Positions 11,819 to 23,000 of a stretch of 64,000 nt of DNA are shown here, piece after piece. This stretch comes from Promethearchaeota archaeon (lineage in GTDB: Archaea > Asgardarchaeota > Lokiarchaeia > Sigyniarchaeales > SOKP01): NCBI GenBank assembly GCA_004524725.1, contig SDNW01000002.1:4792-68791 (forward strand), in the 5' to 3' direction. The position numbers and the translations under genes are program-made. Below the pieces are notes generated by a model. It did not search any database, was not told the origin of the DNA, and worked only from the letters and a program-made list of their open reading frames with translations. How positions within the stretch are numbered: position 1 is the first letter of the stretch; each line of letters starts with the position of its first letter.

Positions 11819-12997
11819 ATGGCAAATGATACTAAAATAAGAAAAACTCCAGAAATGGAGGAGTATGAACAAGAAACAGGGAAACTCGCAATTTGGAAAG
11901 GTAAAGTAAGTAAAAATTTTAAAAAGTGGCAGCAAAAAAAACAAAAAGAAGAACTCAAAAAACAAAAAATTGAATTGCTTACTGCTTCACGTGAAGAAAA
12001 GAGACAGATTAAAAAGGATCTCAGAGAGGGTAAAGAAGTTGGGAAAGATTACGAACATTTAATCGTTGTGGAGAACCTTCACAAAACATACCTCTTAGGC
12101 ACAACAGCTGTGGCTGCACTCCGAGGAGTTGACTTGAAAATTGACAAGGGGGACTTTATTGATATTATGGGTCCATCAGGATCGGGGAAGACAACATTAC
12201 TAAATTTAATTGGAGGGTTAGATACACCAACTAGAGGCAAAATTTTTCTGGAAGGTAGGAACATTTCGATGTTAAATGATAATGATCTTGCAGAAATTAG
12301 AAAAGAACGTATCGGGTTTGTATTTCAATTTTATAACCTTCTACCTCAGATGACCGCATTGGAGAATGTTATGGTTCCATTACATTTCTCAGGGAAGTTA
12401 AGTAAACGTGGAAAGAGAAAGAAAGCTTTAGATTTATTGCGACTAGTTGGTTTAGAAGAAAGAGGTCATCATACTCCTTCTGAATTGTCGGGTGGGGAAC
12501 AACAAAGAGTTGCCATCGCAAGAGCATTTTCTAATGACCCAGCGCTTATCATACTTGACGAACCAACCGGTGACCTTGACAGTAAGACGGGAGTCATGAT
12601 TCTGAACCTTCTTAGGGATCTAAATCGAAGAGGCGCAACTTTTGTGGCCGTAAGTCATGATGCTGCAGTCTCTGAGTTTGCTACCCGTGTATTTCATATG
12701 AGAGATGGAAAATTAACTCATGAAGGAAAGATAGACGGATTAAAAGAAACCGAGTCAATGGAATTAAGCCGTAAACAGGAAGCTGAAATTAATAAAGAAA
12801 AAGCGAAAAACATGATTTTCAAATATCTTTTCATGAATCAAGGAAAAGTTGAATTCAAGATTGATGAGATAAAAAGTAGTATCCCCAATTCGATCCTTTT
12901 AAATTTACCAGAACATTTTGATGATGTTTTAAGAGAATTAATCAATGACAACAATCTTAATGCTCATATTGAAGGGAATTTATTACTCTTCTTTTAA
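11819..12997 (+). CDS. ABC transporter ATP-binding protein, MacB/LolD/FtsE-type, with Lys-rich N-terminal and roughly 90-aa C-terminal extensions
   Basis: 392 aa. Walker [11 protein letters not shown]-loop [10 protein letters not shown], signature [14 protein letters not shown], Walker [13 protein letters not shown]-loop VSHD. Confidence 0.9.
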   Translation: MANDTKIRKTPEMEEYEQETGKLAIWKGKVSKNFKKWQQKKQKEELKKQKIELLTASREEKRQIKKDLREGKEVGKDYEHLIVVENLHKTYLLGTTAVAALRGVDLKIDKGDFIDIMGPSGSGKTTLLNLIGGLDTPTRGKIFLEGRNISMLNDNDLAEIRKERIGFVFQFYNLLPQMTALENVMVPLHFSGKLSKRGKRKKALDLLRLVGLEERGHHTPSELSGGEQQRVAIARAFSNDPALIILDEPTGDLDSKTGVMILNLLRDLNRRGATFVAVSHDAAVSEFATRVFHMRDGKLTHEGKIDGLKETESMELSRKQEAEINKEKAKNMIFKYLFMNQGKVEFKIDEIKSSIPNSILLNLPEHFDDVLRELINDNNLNAHIEGNLLLFF

Positions 12998-13048
12998 ATC
13001 AAAAGTTATGTTATGAAATTATGACCAGAATATAGAATTTAATCACAA

Positions 13049-16042
13049 ATGTCTAATATAAAACTAATATTTAAATATGCCTTCAAGGACCTCTTACGAC
13101 AAAAGGTAAGAACGACAATTGCAATAATTGGGGTTATGATCTCGATTGCTCTATTAGCGTTAGTCCTCTTTCTTTCAGATTCGATTTCAGTCACCTTTAT
13201 CGATTACCTCAGTATTGATGCGGGAGGGCAGGATATGATCATAAATGTAAGGCACTATAATAATGAACCCGAGAATCGTTCAGATTATTTTGAGTTTACT
13301 CCCTTGATAGGAGCCATTAGAGAGAATGTAAATTATATTGAAGACTTTGTTCCTCGCATGGAATTATGGGGCAATGTAAACGTATCTCTAAGTAAAAGTA
13401 CTCCTGAACTGACTAATAGTCGTGAGTCAGTGCTTTTATCTGGAATTAATTTTACATTAGAAAATAGTATCGGTTTTGGCAGTTTTGTTAAACCAAATTC
13501 GAATCAATTATTAGATCTGAACGAATTACCATTAAATCATTGCGCAATCTACCATGAATTCAATGACATTATTAATTATGCGGTTAATGATACCATTGAG
13601 ATAAGAATGGGGTTATGGCATGGAGATCAATATCTATCGCGAATACAAAATTTTACTGTAGATGAGATTTTTGATTTTCAATTAAAATGGCCCATTAGAT
13701 ATGAAAATCGCCCACTAATCGTCGTGGATATCCAAACATTGTATAATGTTTTCGGAAATAGCACGTTCAATGGATTGTGCAATGATTTAATTGTAACTTT
13801 AAACTCAGCGGGCAACTTTTATGATGCTCGAGACCTAGATGGTTCTGAAAATCGGGTAAAAGATGTTGCCGGTGAAGTACAAATTTTAATTGGGATAAAC
13901 CAATACTTCATCGATCTTCCCAAACTGGACGTATTAGCATTTGCTGAGTTTTTAAGTGTGGGTATCACCATTATTTTTGTATTTGTATCTATGATTGCAA
14001 TGTTAATTTCAGGGGTTTTGATAAATGGGATTTTAAAGACTTCTGTTGAGGAGAGAATTCGAGAGTTTGGTATTTTTCGAACCCTCGGCTCAACAAAAAA
14101 ATACAATCTTGCAATTGTCTTAGTGCAAGGATTCCTATTAGTGAATTTTGGTACAATCTTTGGAATAATAATTGCGTTTTTAGCCACTCAAAATATTATT
14201 ATCCCGATTGCGGAAATTGTAATATCTGATTCTATTCCAGGATTAGTTGGGAACGTTACATTTTCGTTTACAATATTTTCAATTATTATTTCTTATTTAA
14301 TTGGGATCTGTGTTGGTTTAATTGTCAGTATCTCTCCTGCAGTAAAAGTGATGAAACTACAGTTAATCGAATCCATTCATCCATACCGACATGAGGATAC
14401 TTTGTACCATCTTCAGAAACGGGCTTCAGTAAATTATAAATTGATTATTATCGGAGTTATTTTAACCGTAAATGCTGCTTTTGTTCTATTTATTATCCCC
14501 CGTATAATTATAGCAATGGATCTTGCTTTAATATCTGGAACATTAATCTCCCTTTTAATTATCTTTTTAATAGGAACAACATTAGCCGGATTAGGGTTGA
14601 TGCCATTAATTTTACGGATTTTTATTCAAATTTTTAAATTCTTTTCGAGAAAGTTAGCACCCGTATATAAAATCTTTATCTTTAGATATGCAAGACGAAA
14701 TCAAAGCACAATTTTAATTTTCGCTTTCACCTTTTCATTTGTAATTTTTACATCTGGTGCATTCAAATTTCTTTCTGATCAAGTAGTTATAGGTTCAAAT
14801 TTAAATTACGGTGCCGATCTTGTTATTGAAACGGAAGGTTGGCAAGATTCTGAAGAAATTGATGAATTTGGTTTTGGAGGAGGTTTTGGAGGAGGTTTTG
14901 GAGGAGGAGGGGGCATAGAAGTAACGGTTGATTCTGAATATTCGGTTGATCCAAGCAGAATTTTAACAATAGATTTTGAAAAAGAATTATTAAAAGTAGA
15001 TGGAATTGAGCGAGTGTCCTCTGTTATTGCCAGTCCATACCATTTAACACAAATCTACGCAGACGAAGAACAAGAATTTTCAGCGGAGATTGGTGACTAT
15101 GCAGGTTTAACCACACAAGAAATTAGTTTAATAGGAATTGATGAGGAATTCCCCTCAACCATTAAAACTGAATTTATAGAGTTCACACAAGGAAATTTAG
15201 AAACAAGTTTTGACAACTTATTCAAATCTCAAGAGATCTATACTTGCATAATTTCTGAAGGGCTTTCTGTGAGTTTGGATTTGCAGTTCAATGATTTAGT
15301 TAGTATTACAATTTTTAGAGGGGATGAGTTACAAATTTATGATTTCATAATTGTTGGAATCGTAGCAACAATGCCAGGGTTTTCAAGTGAATTTGGAAGA
15401 TCAAGTGCTTCAGCGATAATGGGAGGAGTAATGATTTCAAAAGATATTTATATGGAGATACTAGATATACCCCCAATTCCATATCTCGATAAAATCTTTA
15501 TAAAATTAAGATCAACCAGTTTATCTTCCTCACAAGCAATAGCAGTTCAAATTGAAGATGCTAATAGGCGATTGTATGATTTTAATATTATTAACTTACA
15601 ACAGAGTGTATCGGGGGGCCTTTCAATGTTTTCGATTTTAGATACTTTTTTTGGTATGACTTTAGATGCAACCATCGTTATATGCTTATTTGGTCTACTA
15701 TCCTCTTCATATTCTACAATTATTGAAAGGAAAAAGGAAATTGGAATTATTAGAACCTTAGGATTAAAAGGAAAGGAGATTAATCACTTGTTTACCATTG
15801 AATCATTAATTATAATGCTTAGTAGCGGAACTGTAGGCGTTATTGTCGGATGGACCACAGGATTACTACTAGCAAGCTCCATTAATGTATTAAGTGATTT
15901 ACCTAATCTGCCCACTTTTCCACTCGCTAATATGATTATTATTTTTACTATTTCAATTATATTTGTTCTAATAGGAATGAGGGTTTTATTAAGGAAGATT
16001 AGAAAGAAAAAGATTGTTCAAATATATCGAGAAACAATGTGA
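13049..16042 (+). CDS. ABC transporter permease with two FtsX domains and large extracytoplasmic domains (MacB-like)
   Basis: 997 aa. N-terminal TM, then an extracytoplasmic domain, then an FtsX 3-TM block (EERIREFGIFRTLGSTKK). The architecture then repeats (ERKKEIGIIRTLGLKGKE). Confidence 0.85.
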   Translation: MSNIKLIFKYAFKDLLRQKVRTTIAIIGVMISIALLALVLFLSDSISVTFIDYLSIDAGGQDMIINVRHYNNEPENRSDYFEFTPLIGAIRENVNYIEDFVPRMELWGNVNVSLSKSTPELTNSRESVLLSGINFTLENSIGFGSFVKPNSNQLLDLNELPLNHCAIYHEFNDIINYAVNDTIEIRMGLWHGDQYLSRIQNFTVDEIFDFQLKWPIRYENRPLIVVDIQTLYNVFGNSTFNGLCNDLIVTLNSAGNFYDARDLDGSENRVKDVAGEVQILIGINQYFIDLPKLDVLAFAEFLSVGITIIFVFVSMIAMLISGVLINGILKTSVEERIREFGIFRTLGSTKKYNLAIVLVQGFLLVNFGTIFGIIIAFLATQNIIIPIAEIVISDSIPGLVGNVTFSFTIFSIIISYLIGICVGLIVSISPAVKVMKLQLIESIHPYRHEDTLYHLQKRASVNYKLIIIGVILTVNAAFVLFIIPRIIIAMDLALISGTLISLLIIFLIGTTLAGLGLMPLILRIFIQIFKFFSRKLAPVYKIFIFRYARRNQSTILIFAFTFSFVIFTSGAFKFLSDQVVIGSNLNYGADLVIETEGWQDSEEIDEFGFGGGFGGGFGGGGGIEVTVDSEYSVDPSRILTIDFEKELLKVDGIERVSSVIASPYHLTQIYADEEQEFSAEIGDYAGLTTQEISLIGIDEEFPSTIKTEFIEFTQGNLETSFDNLFKSQEIYTCIISEGLSVSLDLQFNDLVSITIFRGDELQIYDFIIVGIVATMPGFSSEFGRSSASAIMGGVMISKDIYMEILDIPPIPYLDKIFIKLRSTSLSSSQAIAVQIEDANRRLYDFNIINLQQSVSGGLSMFSILDTFFGMTLDATIVICLFGLLSSSYSTIIERKKEIGIIRTLGLKGKEINHLFTIESLIIMLSSGTVGVIVGWTTGLLLASSINVLSDLPNLPTFPLANMIIIFTISIIFVLIGMRVLLRKIRKKKIVQIYRETM
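14870..14914 (+). repeat. Coding microsatellite-like repeat (GGTTTTGGAGGA)x3 + GGAGGGGGC encoding GFGGGFGGGFGGGGG
   Basis: Read directly from the sequence. Lies in the second extracytoplasmic domain of the permease. Confidence 0.9.
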
Positions 16043-16059
16043 AAGGAGAATTTGTAAAT

Positions 16060-19000
16060 ATGACAAGTAAAAAGAATATATTTATTGGTTTTGTAATAAT
16101 TGTCAGTCTTTTCTCAATTAGTATTCCTCCCCATGCTTCTCTCAATCAAAAAGATGAAGATCAGTCCGGTACAGAATTCTTAGCCACTAGCGATGTTGCT
16201 GGAACCGATTTATATGCTGAGAATATTGATGTGTATGTTGCCGGAAATAAGTCTATCATAAAGCAATCCCTTTTCTCAAATGATACAACTATCATACCAG
16301 AATTTGATACTAGAGACCCGGCTTTTTATAAATGCAATGTCCACTTTTCCGTTTCCAATGGAATCGTTCCTGAGATATTTCCCAAGGTAATTACTGAAAA
16401 TGACATTCCAATTCAGTTTGGTATGACATTTAACAGTTTCTCGGGTTTTCTATATTATGAAGAATCACTTTTAGAATCTGACGTAAAGATAAGAGCAACC
16501 CGAGCACTTGAAATTATAAAGAGAAAATTTGAAATCGACTTAATTCAAGTTTCATCAAATAATCCCTATTTCTTTCCATTCATAGGCTATTTTCCTGATT
16601 GGAATATATATTTGAGAGAAATTACGGGAAACTTGCCTATGGATGGCTATTGGAAAGCATTGGATAAAGACAGACTTACATCTAGTGAATATATAACCTC
16701 AAAACATTTATCTTCAACCTTTCTACTTATAAATTCCTTAGAATTATTAGAAAAAGATTTTCTTAATACAATTGATCAAATCGATTTTAATTTAGAATCC
16801 TTGGATTTATCCTATTTAGAATCATTTGATGCAGAAATGGTATTTGAACAATTTTCTAATGTATTATTTGACTATCCCGCAATTTTTGGTAATTTTACAG
16901 ATTTAATAGGAGCAAACGAAACCGATAGTTTAGGAGATATGGATGCCCTAATCGAAGTTTTAGAAGGATTATCCCTTAGCAACCGGTCGTATTATACTAA
17001 CCTAATGATTCAATATGAAGGTGCTGAAGATGGGATTACTGAAGTTAGTCCAAATAAATATCAATTTAGCTTATGGAAAGCTTTAAACTATAATGGAGCT
17101 GCTTTGCGACCAAGTGAGAAAATTTTTATTGCATTATTAGGAGCTTTCATGAGTAATATTGATATTAATATAATGTGCACTGAAATTACAAACTTCAGTC
17201 CGAAATATTATGATTTCTATAGTTTTTTGCTAGAACAGATCGAAACCATATTGTTTTACGCTGAAATTGACTTTGATGCCGAATCCTTAGAAGATTATTC
17301 GCTTGAGCTCTTTTGGACGGATTTTGAGGGAATAAAGCGGAGTTATGTAAAACCTGTAAATCTAAACGACCCAGAGGATTATATCAACTTTTTATCTGTT
17401 ATTGGATTCCAAGGATTTGAAGGATTACCGGCGGGTATTTTGAATCCCCTCAATAATTTTGTAGTTTCCTATATAACTAATTATTCTGAACCATCCATAT
17501 TGATACAAAAGGATTTAATTGGAAATAATGCTTCATACGGCGTATATAACACTTTCTCTTTTAATATCACTGCAAAGAATGTGGGAAATTCTACGGTATG
17601 GGGGAATCCAACAAATATTCCATTAGATTTAGAAGACGCGTTAGCACTTATTGTCGGGCCAGTAGGAGTTTTTTTAGGTCTTGATCAGGATTTAGAAGAT
17701 GCTATTTGGGAAATTGTGAGGGTAATTTATTCAGGACAATATAGTTCCTTAGAGGATTTCTTTAACTTCAATGAAAAACCCCGTATCTTCTATTTTGACA
17801 CTACAGGTGCGGGATTTATTGATTATTATTATCCAAATTTGTTAAATATCTCAAACCTTTTGCCTTACAACGAAAATATGGATGAAATTATCACTATAAT
17901 GGCCTCTTCCTATCAACAATTATTAGATTCTTTAGATGCTGTTGGTGTTTCTACAAACGATCTACGCACTATATTTACCAATAAAGAAAGTATTTGGAAT
18001 GAAGAAAATTGGAAGTTAGAACCAGGAGAAAAACTATCGTATGAATTCACTAACTTTTCAATAGAGGCATATGATTCTTTCACTCCCTTTTACAACTACT
18101 CCTTTCTTGTAAGAGAGGAATATCCCAACTTACCTTATATCATCTCTGGAAGTACTATTGCCGGGACCATTCCTCAGATGGCTTTAGAAAATGATAATCA
18201 AAGTTGGATTATCGAATCAGAGGAAAAATATGTAGGATACCATGAAATCGATATCCAATTCCTTTTTAAAAATCAAACAGCTATAGATTTCGAGAATAAC
18301 TCATTAGAACGTGTATCAATTCTTATAAATATGACCGAGATTTCAAATAATCTCCTTTTTGAAGTTTTTAATTTTACTTCAGAAACTTTTGACGATATGA
18401 GTAATTTTTCAAGCTCAGATACAAATAGTTCTTTAGAATTTTCCTTTGAAAGAGATAATGGCTCATTAGAATGGATATTCGATCCTAATACAAGAATGAA
18501 TCATAGCATCTTAATTCGAATAATGGGATCTGATTCTAATAGCTTTAATATTTCTCTTGATAATTTTGATGTTCAATTTTCTTACCGAGATATTAATGCA
18601 TTTCAAGTATTAGGATCAAGATTTATTTATAGCTCCTTCAGTGGAAATATTGAATATATTAGCAGATCAAATTCAATAACATTAAGTACCTATAATATGG
18701 CTTCCATTGTCGCATATGGCTATTTAAATGAATATAGTTGTATTCAAGGAGACCTACTTAATTATAATTTAATTTTGCAAAATATTGGTTCTGAAACGGC
18801 TTATAACGTAAATATTTCTATGTTAATTCCAGGAATTCCTTACCAAGTGAATGAATTCATACTAGAAAATAGTACACTAACCAAAATAATCCCTGAAATA
18901 ATGCCAAATGTAAAAAGACAGCTTAATTTTTCTTTTTTCAGTCCAAATACGGCAAAATTGAGCGCAGTTTCTATTAAATATGAAAGTAATGAAACGATTG

Positions 19001-20031
19001 CCAACCTTAATTCCACTCATTTAACAGCTAGACCGAATGAGGTTTTCTTTTCATCTCCCATTGATTATAAGGATCGATTTCCTTTCATAAAAACAGTTGA
19101 GATTAACATAAATTCATCCACTAATAGTCCTCAGATTTATGAATATTTTGATATGACTTTTAGAATTAAAAATTCAGGATTAGAGGGATTCAATATTTCT
19201 TCAATGACTTTCTTTACAAGAGATCAATTTGGAGATTTAATTCCTTGGAATGATTCCTTTACTCTTACTAATATTGAATATAATCAAATCAAAACCTTTT
19301 CTTTAACGCTCTATAAAAAAGATTGGAAAGCCTATTTCTATCCTTCAATTAATCATTTTAAGGGTTCAGAAAGTAGAATAATTCAAATTAGACAATCCGA
19401 ATCGATCGTACTGGGAACCATTAACCTTACAATTTTAAAAACAGTGGAAAAAAATCAAATTGAAATTGGAGATATTATATCTGTTAATATTACCGTCATT
19501 AATAGTGGTTCAATTTGTATTAAAAATGTTAGCTTACAAGATACAATCAGTTTTTCGGGGATAAATTTTGATTTAATAACGGGCAAGTTAGTAAATGATA
19601 TTCCATGTTTAAGCTCGGGGGAAGCATTCAGTTTTCTGTATACAATAAGAGCTAAAACTCAAGCGCTGGTATCCTTAAAACCTGCGTTTGTTGAACAATA
19701 TTATCTTAACAAGGTTAGATATCAATCTAATGAGATTCAAATAAAGATATTGATTCCAAAGACCACCCAATTTCTGTTTATTATTGGCCCTTCATTGGGA
19801 GTGGTTGTGGTTTTATCAATCTTCTTATGGCAGAGACATAAATATAATTCGAAAAAATATGAACGATCACGCTATGAATTGACTCTTTTTCAAGATTCTT
19901 CTTTAACTTCCGTCCTCACTATTGAACGCACTTTACGAGATTATTTTAACTCAACCTCAAGCAATAAATCAAGAGCGCCTACTGACTTGCGCGAAATTCC
20001 GAAAGAAAATACAGGTGATTCTAATGAATAA
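16060..20031 (+). CDS. Large membrane-anchored surface protein with CARDB/DUF11-like beta-sandwich repeats
   Basis: N-terminal signal/anchor (KKNIFIGFVIIVSLFSISIPPHA). C-terminal TM (FLFIIGPSLGVVVVLSIFLW) plus a cytoplasmic tail. Recurring motif ITAKNVGNSTVWG / LILQNIGSETAYNVNISM / RIKNSGLEGFNISS / ITVINSGSICIKNVSL. Very many N-x-S/T sequons. The track start is GTG 16039; ATG 16060, preceded by AAAGGAG, is preferred. Confidence 0.7.
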   Translation: MTSKKNIFIGFVIIVSLFSISIPPHASLNQKDEDQSGTEFLATSDVAGTDLYAENIDVYVAGNKSIIKQSLFSNDTTIIPEFDTRDPAFYKCNVHFSVSNGIVPEIFPKVITENDIPIQFGMTFNSFSGFLYYEESLLESDVKIRATRALEIIKRKFEIDLIQVSSNNPYFFPFIGYFPDWNIYLREITGNLPMDGYWKALDKDRLTSSEYITSKHLSSTFLLINSLELLEKDFLNTIDQIDFNLESLDLSYLESFDAEMVFEQFSNVLFDYPAIFGNFTDLIGANETDSLGDMDALIEVLEGLSLSNRSYYTNLMIQYEGAEDGITEVSPNKYQFSLWKALNYNGAALRPSEKIFIALLGAFMSNIDINIMCTEITNFSPKYYDFYSFLLEQIETILFYAEIDFDAESLEDYSLELFWTDFEGIKRSYVKPVNLNDPEDYINFLSVIGFQGFEGLPAGILNPLNNFVVSYITNYSEPSILIQKDLIGNNASYGVYNTFSFNITAKNVGNSTVWGNPTNIPLDLEDALALIVGPVGVFLGLDQDLEDAIWEIVRVIYSGQYSSLEDFFNFNEKPRIFYFDTTGAGFIDYYYPNLLNISNLLPYNENMDEIITIMASSYQQLLDSLDAVGVSTNDLRTIFTNKESIWNEENWKLEPGEKLSYEFTNFSIEAYDSFTPFYNYSFLVREEYPNLPYIISGSTIAGTIPQMALENDNQSWIIESEEKYVGYHEIDIQFLFKNQTAIDFENNSLERVSILINMTEISNNLLFEVFNFTSETFDDMSNFSSSDTNSSLEFSFERDNGSLEWIFDPNTRMNHSILIRIMGSDSNSFNISLDNFDVQFSYRDINAFQVLGSRFIYSSFSGNIEYISRSNSITLSTYNMASIVAYGYLNEYSCIQGDLLNYNLILQNIGSETAYNVNISMLIPGIPYQVNEFILENSTLTKIIPEIMPNVKRQLNFSFFSPNTAKLSAVSIKYESNETIANLNSTHLTARPNEVFFSSPIDYKDRFPFIKTVEININSSTNSPQIYEYFDMTFRIKNSGLEGFNISSMTFFTRDQFGDLIPWNDSFTLTNIEYNQIKTFSLTLYKKDWKAYFYPSINHFKGSESRIIQIRQSESIVLGTINLTILKTVEKNQIEIGDIISVNITVINSGSICIKNVSLQDTISFSGINFDLITGKLVNDIPCLSSGEAFSFLYTIRAKTQALVSLKPAFVEQYYLNKVRYQSNEIQIKILIPKTTQFLFIIGPSLGVVVVLSIFLWQRHKYNSKKYERSRYELTLFQDSSLTSVLTIERTLRDYFNSTSSNKSRAPTDLREIPKENTGDSNE

Positions 20032-23000
20032 ACGGATAATTATAATTGGTCTTATTGTAATTGGTATCATTTCTACTGGGATTGGTTTAATTAATTTCAT
20101 TAACAATAACAATGTACTTGATTTTCATCAATTCTCAAGTGAAAAGAGTAATTTAAATAGTGCGGATGGCGAAATTGCTCCATTTATTGTTTACTTCAAT
20201 TCTTCATCGTATAATATATTTGCTGAAACTCGATTCATAGATTATGGAGGAATAATCAACAACCAAAGGAAATGGAATGGAATATTTAATGAGTTTTCAG
20301 GGTTTGCTGGGACATTTCCTCTTGAAAATATATCTTTCTATAAAGCTGAATTTCCTAATATCAACATTGAGAGAGATGAGATTTTGGAAGTACAAATGAA
20401 CTATGCTGCAATTCAAAGTCATGCTATTAATTCTACTTGGAGTTTAAACGGATATACTGGAGACATTAATTCTTCTATTGCTCTATTAGATAGTGGAGTA
20501 AATCCAGATCAGGACTTTCTCAACGGAAAAATTAGTGATTGGTATAATTTTATAAATAGCGATCCAATCTCTGATGATAATGGGCATGGCACCTTTTTAT
20601 CATCTGTTATTGCAGGAACAGGAACAAGATCCTATGATTCCATCGAACCATCAATTACAAATATATACGGTAATTATTCACATTTGGAGTTATTTAATGA
20701 ATTCATACCATCAAAAAATTATTCTTTGAAACTTATATCATTAAATCTTTCCAAAATTGATTCTTATTTTCAGTTATCTTCAATTTGTGACTTTAATATT
20801 GTTGAAATTGATAAAATGTGGTTTGAGCTCTACTTAAACTCCACATTACTTAATTCCACTTTACATCTTAATCCTTTTTTGAACCAAGAATTCCAATACA
20901 AAGTTTTAGACAAAGGAGTTTACGATCTCATTTTAAAATATCATAAAAAAAGCGAAGTAATTCCCAATTTTTCATTTAACGCAACCATATCATTTTTTCC
21001 GGAAACTTGTACTCCAAATTTTAATCATTTTACGGGGATTGCGAATGGATCCAAAATTGCTTCCTATAAAGTAGTGAATCAATCTGGTTTAGGCAATAGT
21101 TCAGATTTAATCAGTGCCTTGTCTAGAGTAATCCAAAATCGAGTATCAAAACATATTATGGCTGTTTGTTTAAGTATAGGAACATTAGGAGATGATTATA
21201 TCGCTTTAAATAAAGTAATTGATGAGGTAACAAACAATAATATATTAGTAGTTATTGCTGCTGGAAATTATGGAATTGAAGGTTCGGATCCTTTTAACAA
21301 GTTAGGTATAAATAAGAACGGAATAGTAGTCGGATCAACTAATGACATTGATCAAGTCAGTTCTTTTAGCAGTATGGGAAAAAATATCGGAGAGGGAATA
21401 ATTAAGCCAGATATTATGGCTCCAGGTGGCAGTTCTCTTTTAGGACACCGCTCTATAGTTAGTGCTGATCATTATTCTGATGAAACAACTTCACTTGAAG
21501 GAACCTCCATATCTGCAGCCATAGTCTCAGGGGCTATAAATATCTTGATTGAAGCGGGATGGGGTGACTGGGACACTTGGAATACCCAAGATCTTTCAAA
21601 ATGGTCAAAAATTATTAAAGCCATTCTATTGATGACTGCTTCTGAAACTAATCTTGATAGAGAAGACGATCCTAACACGATTATTGATGAAAGTGATTTT
21701 TCTCCCTCTTCCTTTAATGGTTTTACTGATTCATTGAAAGATAGTCATGAGGGATATGGGAGATTAAACATTCAAGCTGCTATTGATGCATTAACTAAAG
21801 AAATGGCGGTTTCTAATAGTGTTTCGGATCGCCTTATAAGTTCTTCACTGAATCCATTAGGAAATCATGTATTTGCCAGAAAGATTCAACTAGAAAGCAA
21901 CTCTCAATATCAATTTAATCTATCAAATGTAAATGAAGAAAGTGATTTTGATATGTTTCTTTTTTCGAACGAATCGGATCAATATGGTGAACCGATTTTA
22001 TTACAATCAACTCAAAAATGGTTTGGCAAATTCGATTCTTTTTATTTTACTCCAAAACAAAATGAAAGTGAATGCATATTAATTGTGAAAGCGAATGAAG
22101 GAGAAAGTGATTTTAGTGTAAATGTATCATTAGTAGAGAATCTTTATATTCCAGAATTAAAAATATCCGAGATTTCATATTTGGGAGGAGAAAAAAATGC
22201 AACTATTATCAGTCAGCAAGAATTTTTTGGCAATTCACCACTTAAGAACTATTCAATTGATAGATATTGGTTCTATATTGATTATTTTGATGCTGATATC
22301 ACCAATGTACCTCCTCAAGAAGTGGTAGTCCATATAATTGAAACTGCAAAGAATTATACGCTCTACCAACTAAATCAAGCCGATAATAATTATACAGATG
22401 GTGCTCAGTTTCGTGGCCAGCTCATAGAATTTCCTTCGCCAGGTGAATATCATTATTTCTTTAGTGCTAGTGATGGAACGAATAATGTACGATTTCCCGC
22501 TTCTAATAATTTCACAGTATCAATTGAATTTCCTACAGATAGTGAATCTTTCCCCTATACTCATAATTTCAGTGAGGGATTAGCTAATTGGTATTTCAAC
22601 GGAACAGGGTGGGACATCTTAACTCAGAGTAATTTAATCGATAACAGATCGCAAATCTATGACGATGACTGGTCTTCTGTTTATTTTGGACGAGATCATA
22701 TATTTCCTTCCAATTATACATATCAACCATATAATATAGAAGATTTCTATCCTAATGGAACTCTTTTTAGTCCATTGTTTAATTTGACAGGAATTATCAC
22801 TAACACAACTCATCCATTTGCTAAACTTGGTTTAAGAACAAGTATCAATATGGGAGACTCAATCTTACTGCAAATTAACCTCAATTGGACAGGATGGAGA
22901 ACGTTAAAGACTTATACTAATCAAGAAAGGGATTGGTTCATAGATATATTCAATTTAACGGAATATATTGGCAATTTTGTCCAGTTCAGATTTTTTACTA

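Noticed and set aside
12079-14187. Antisense ORFs 12079..12264 and 13819..14187 within the ABC ATPase and permease genes
   Set aside because: The sense-strand genes carry Walker and FtsX motifs. The antisense frames show no recognisable features.
19922-20023. The 34-codon N-terminal extension of the subtilase ORF as given in the track
   Set aside because: It lies wholly inside the 3-prime end of the preceding gene in another frame. ATG 20024 is followed immediately by a signal-anchor sequence (MNKRIIIIGLIVIG...), making it the credible start.
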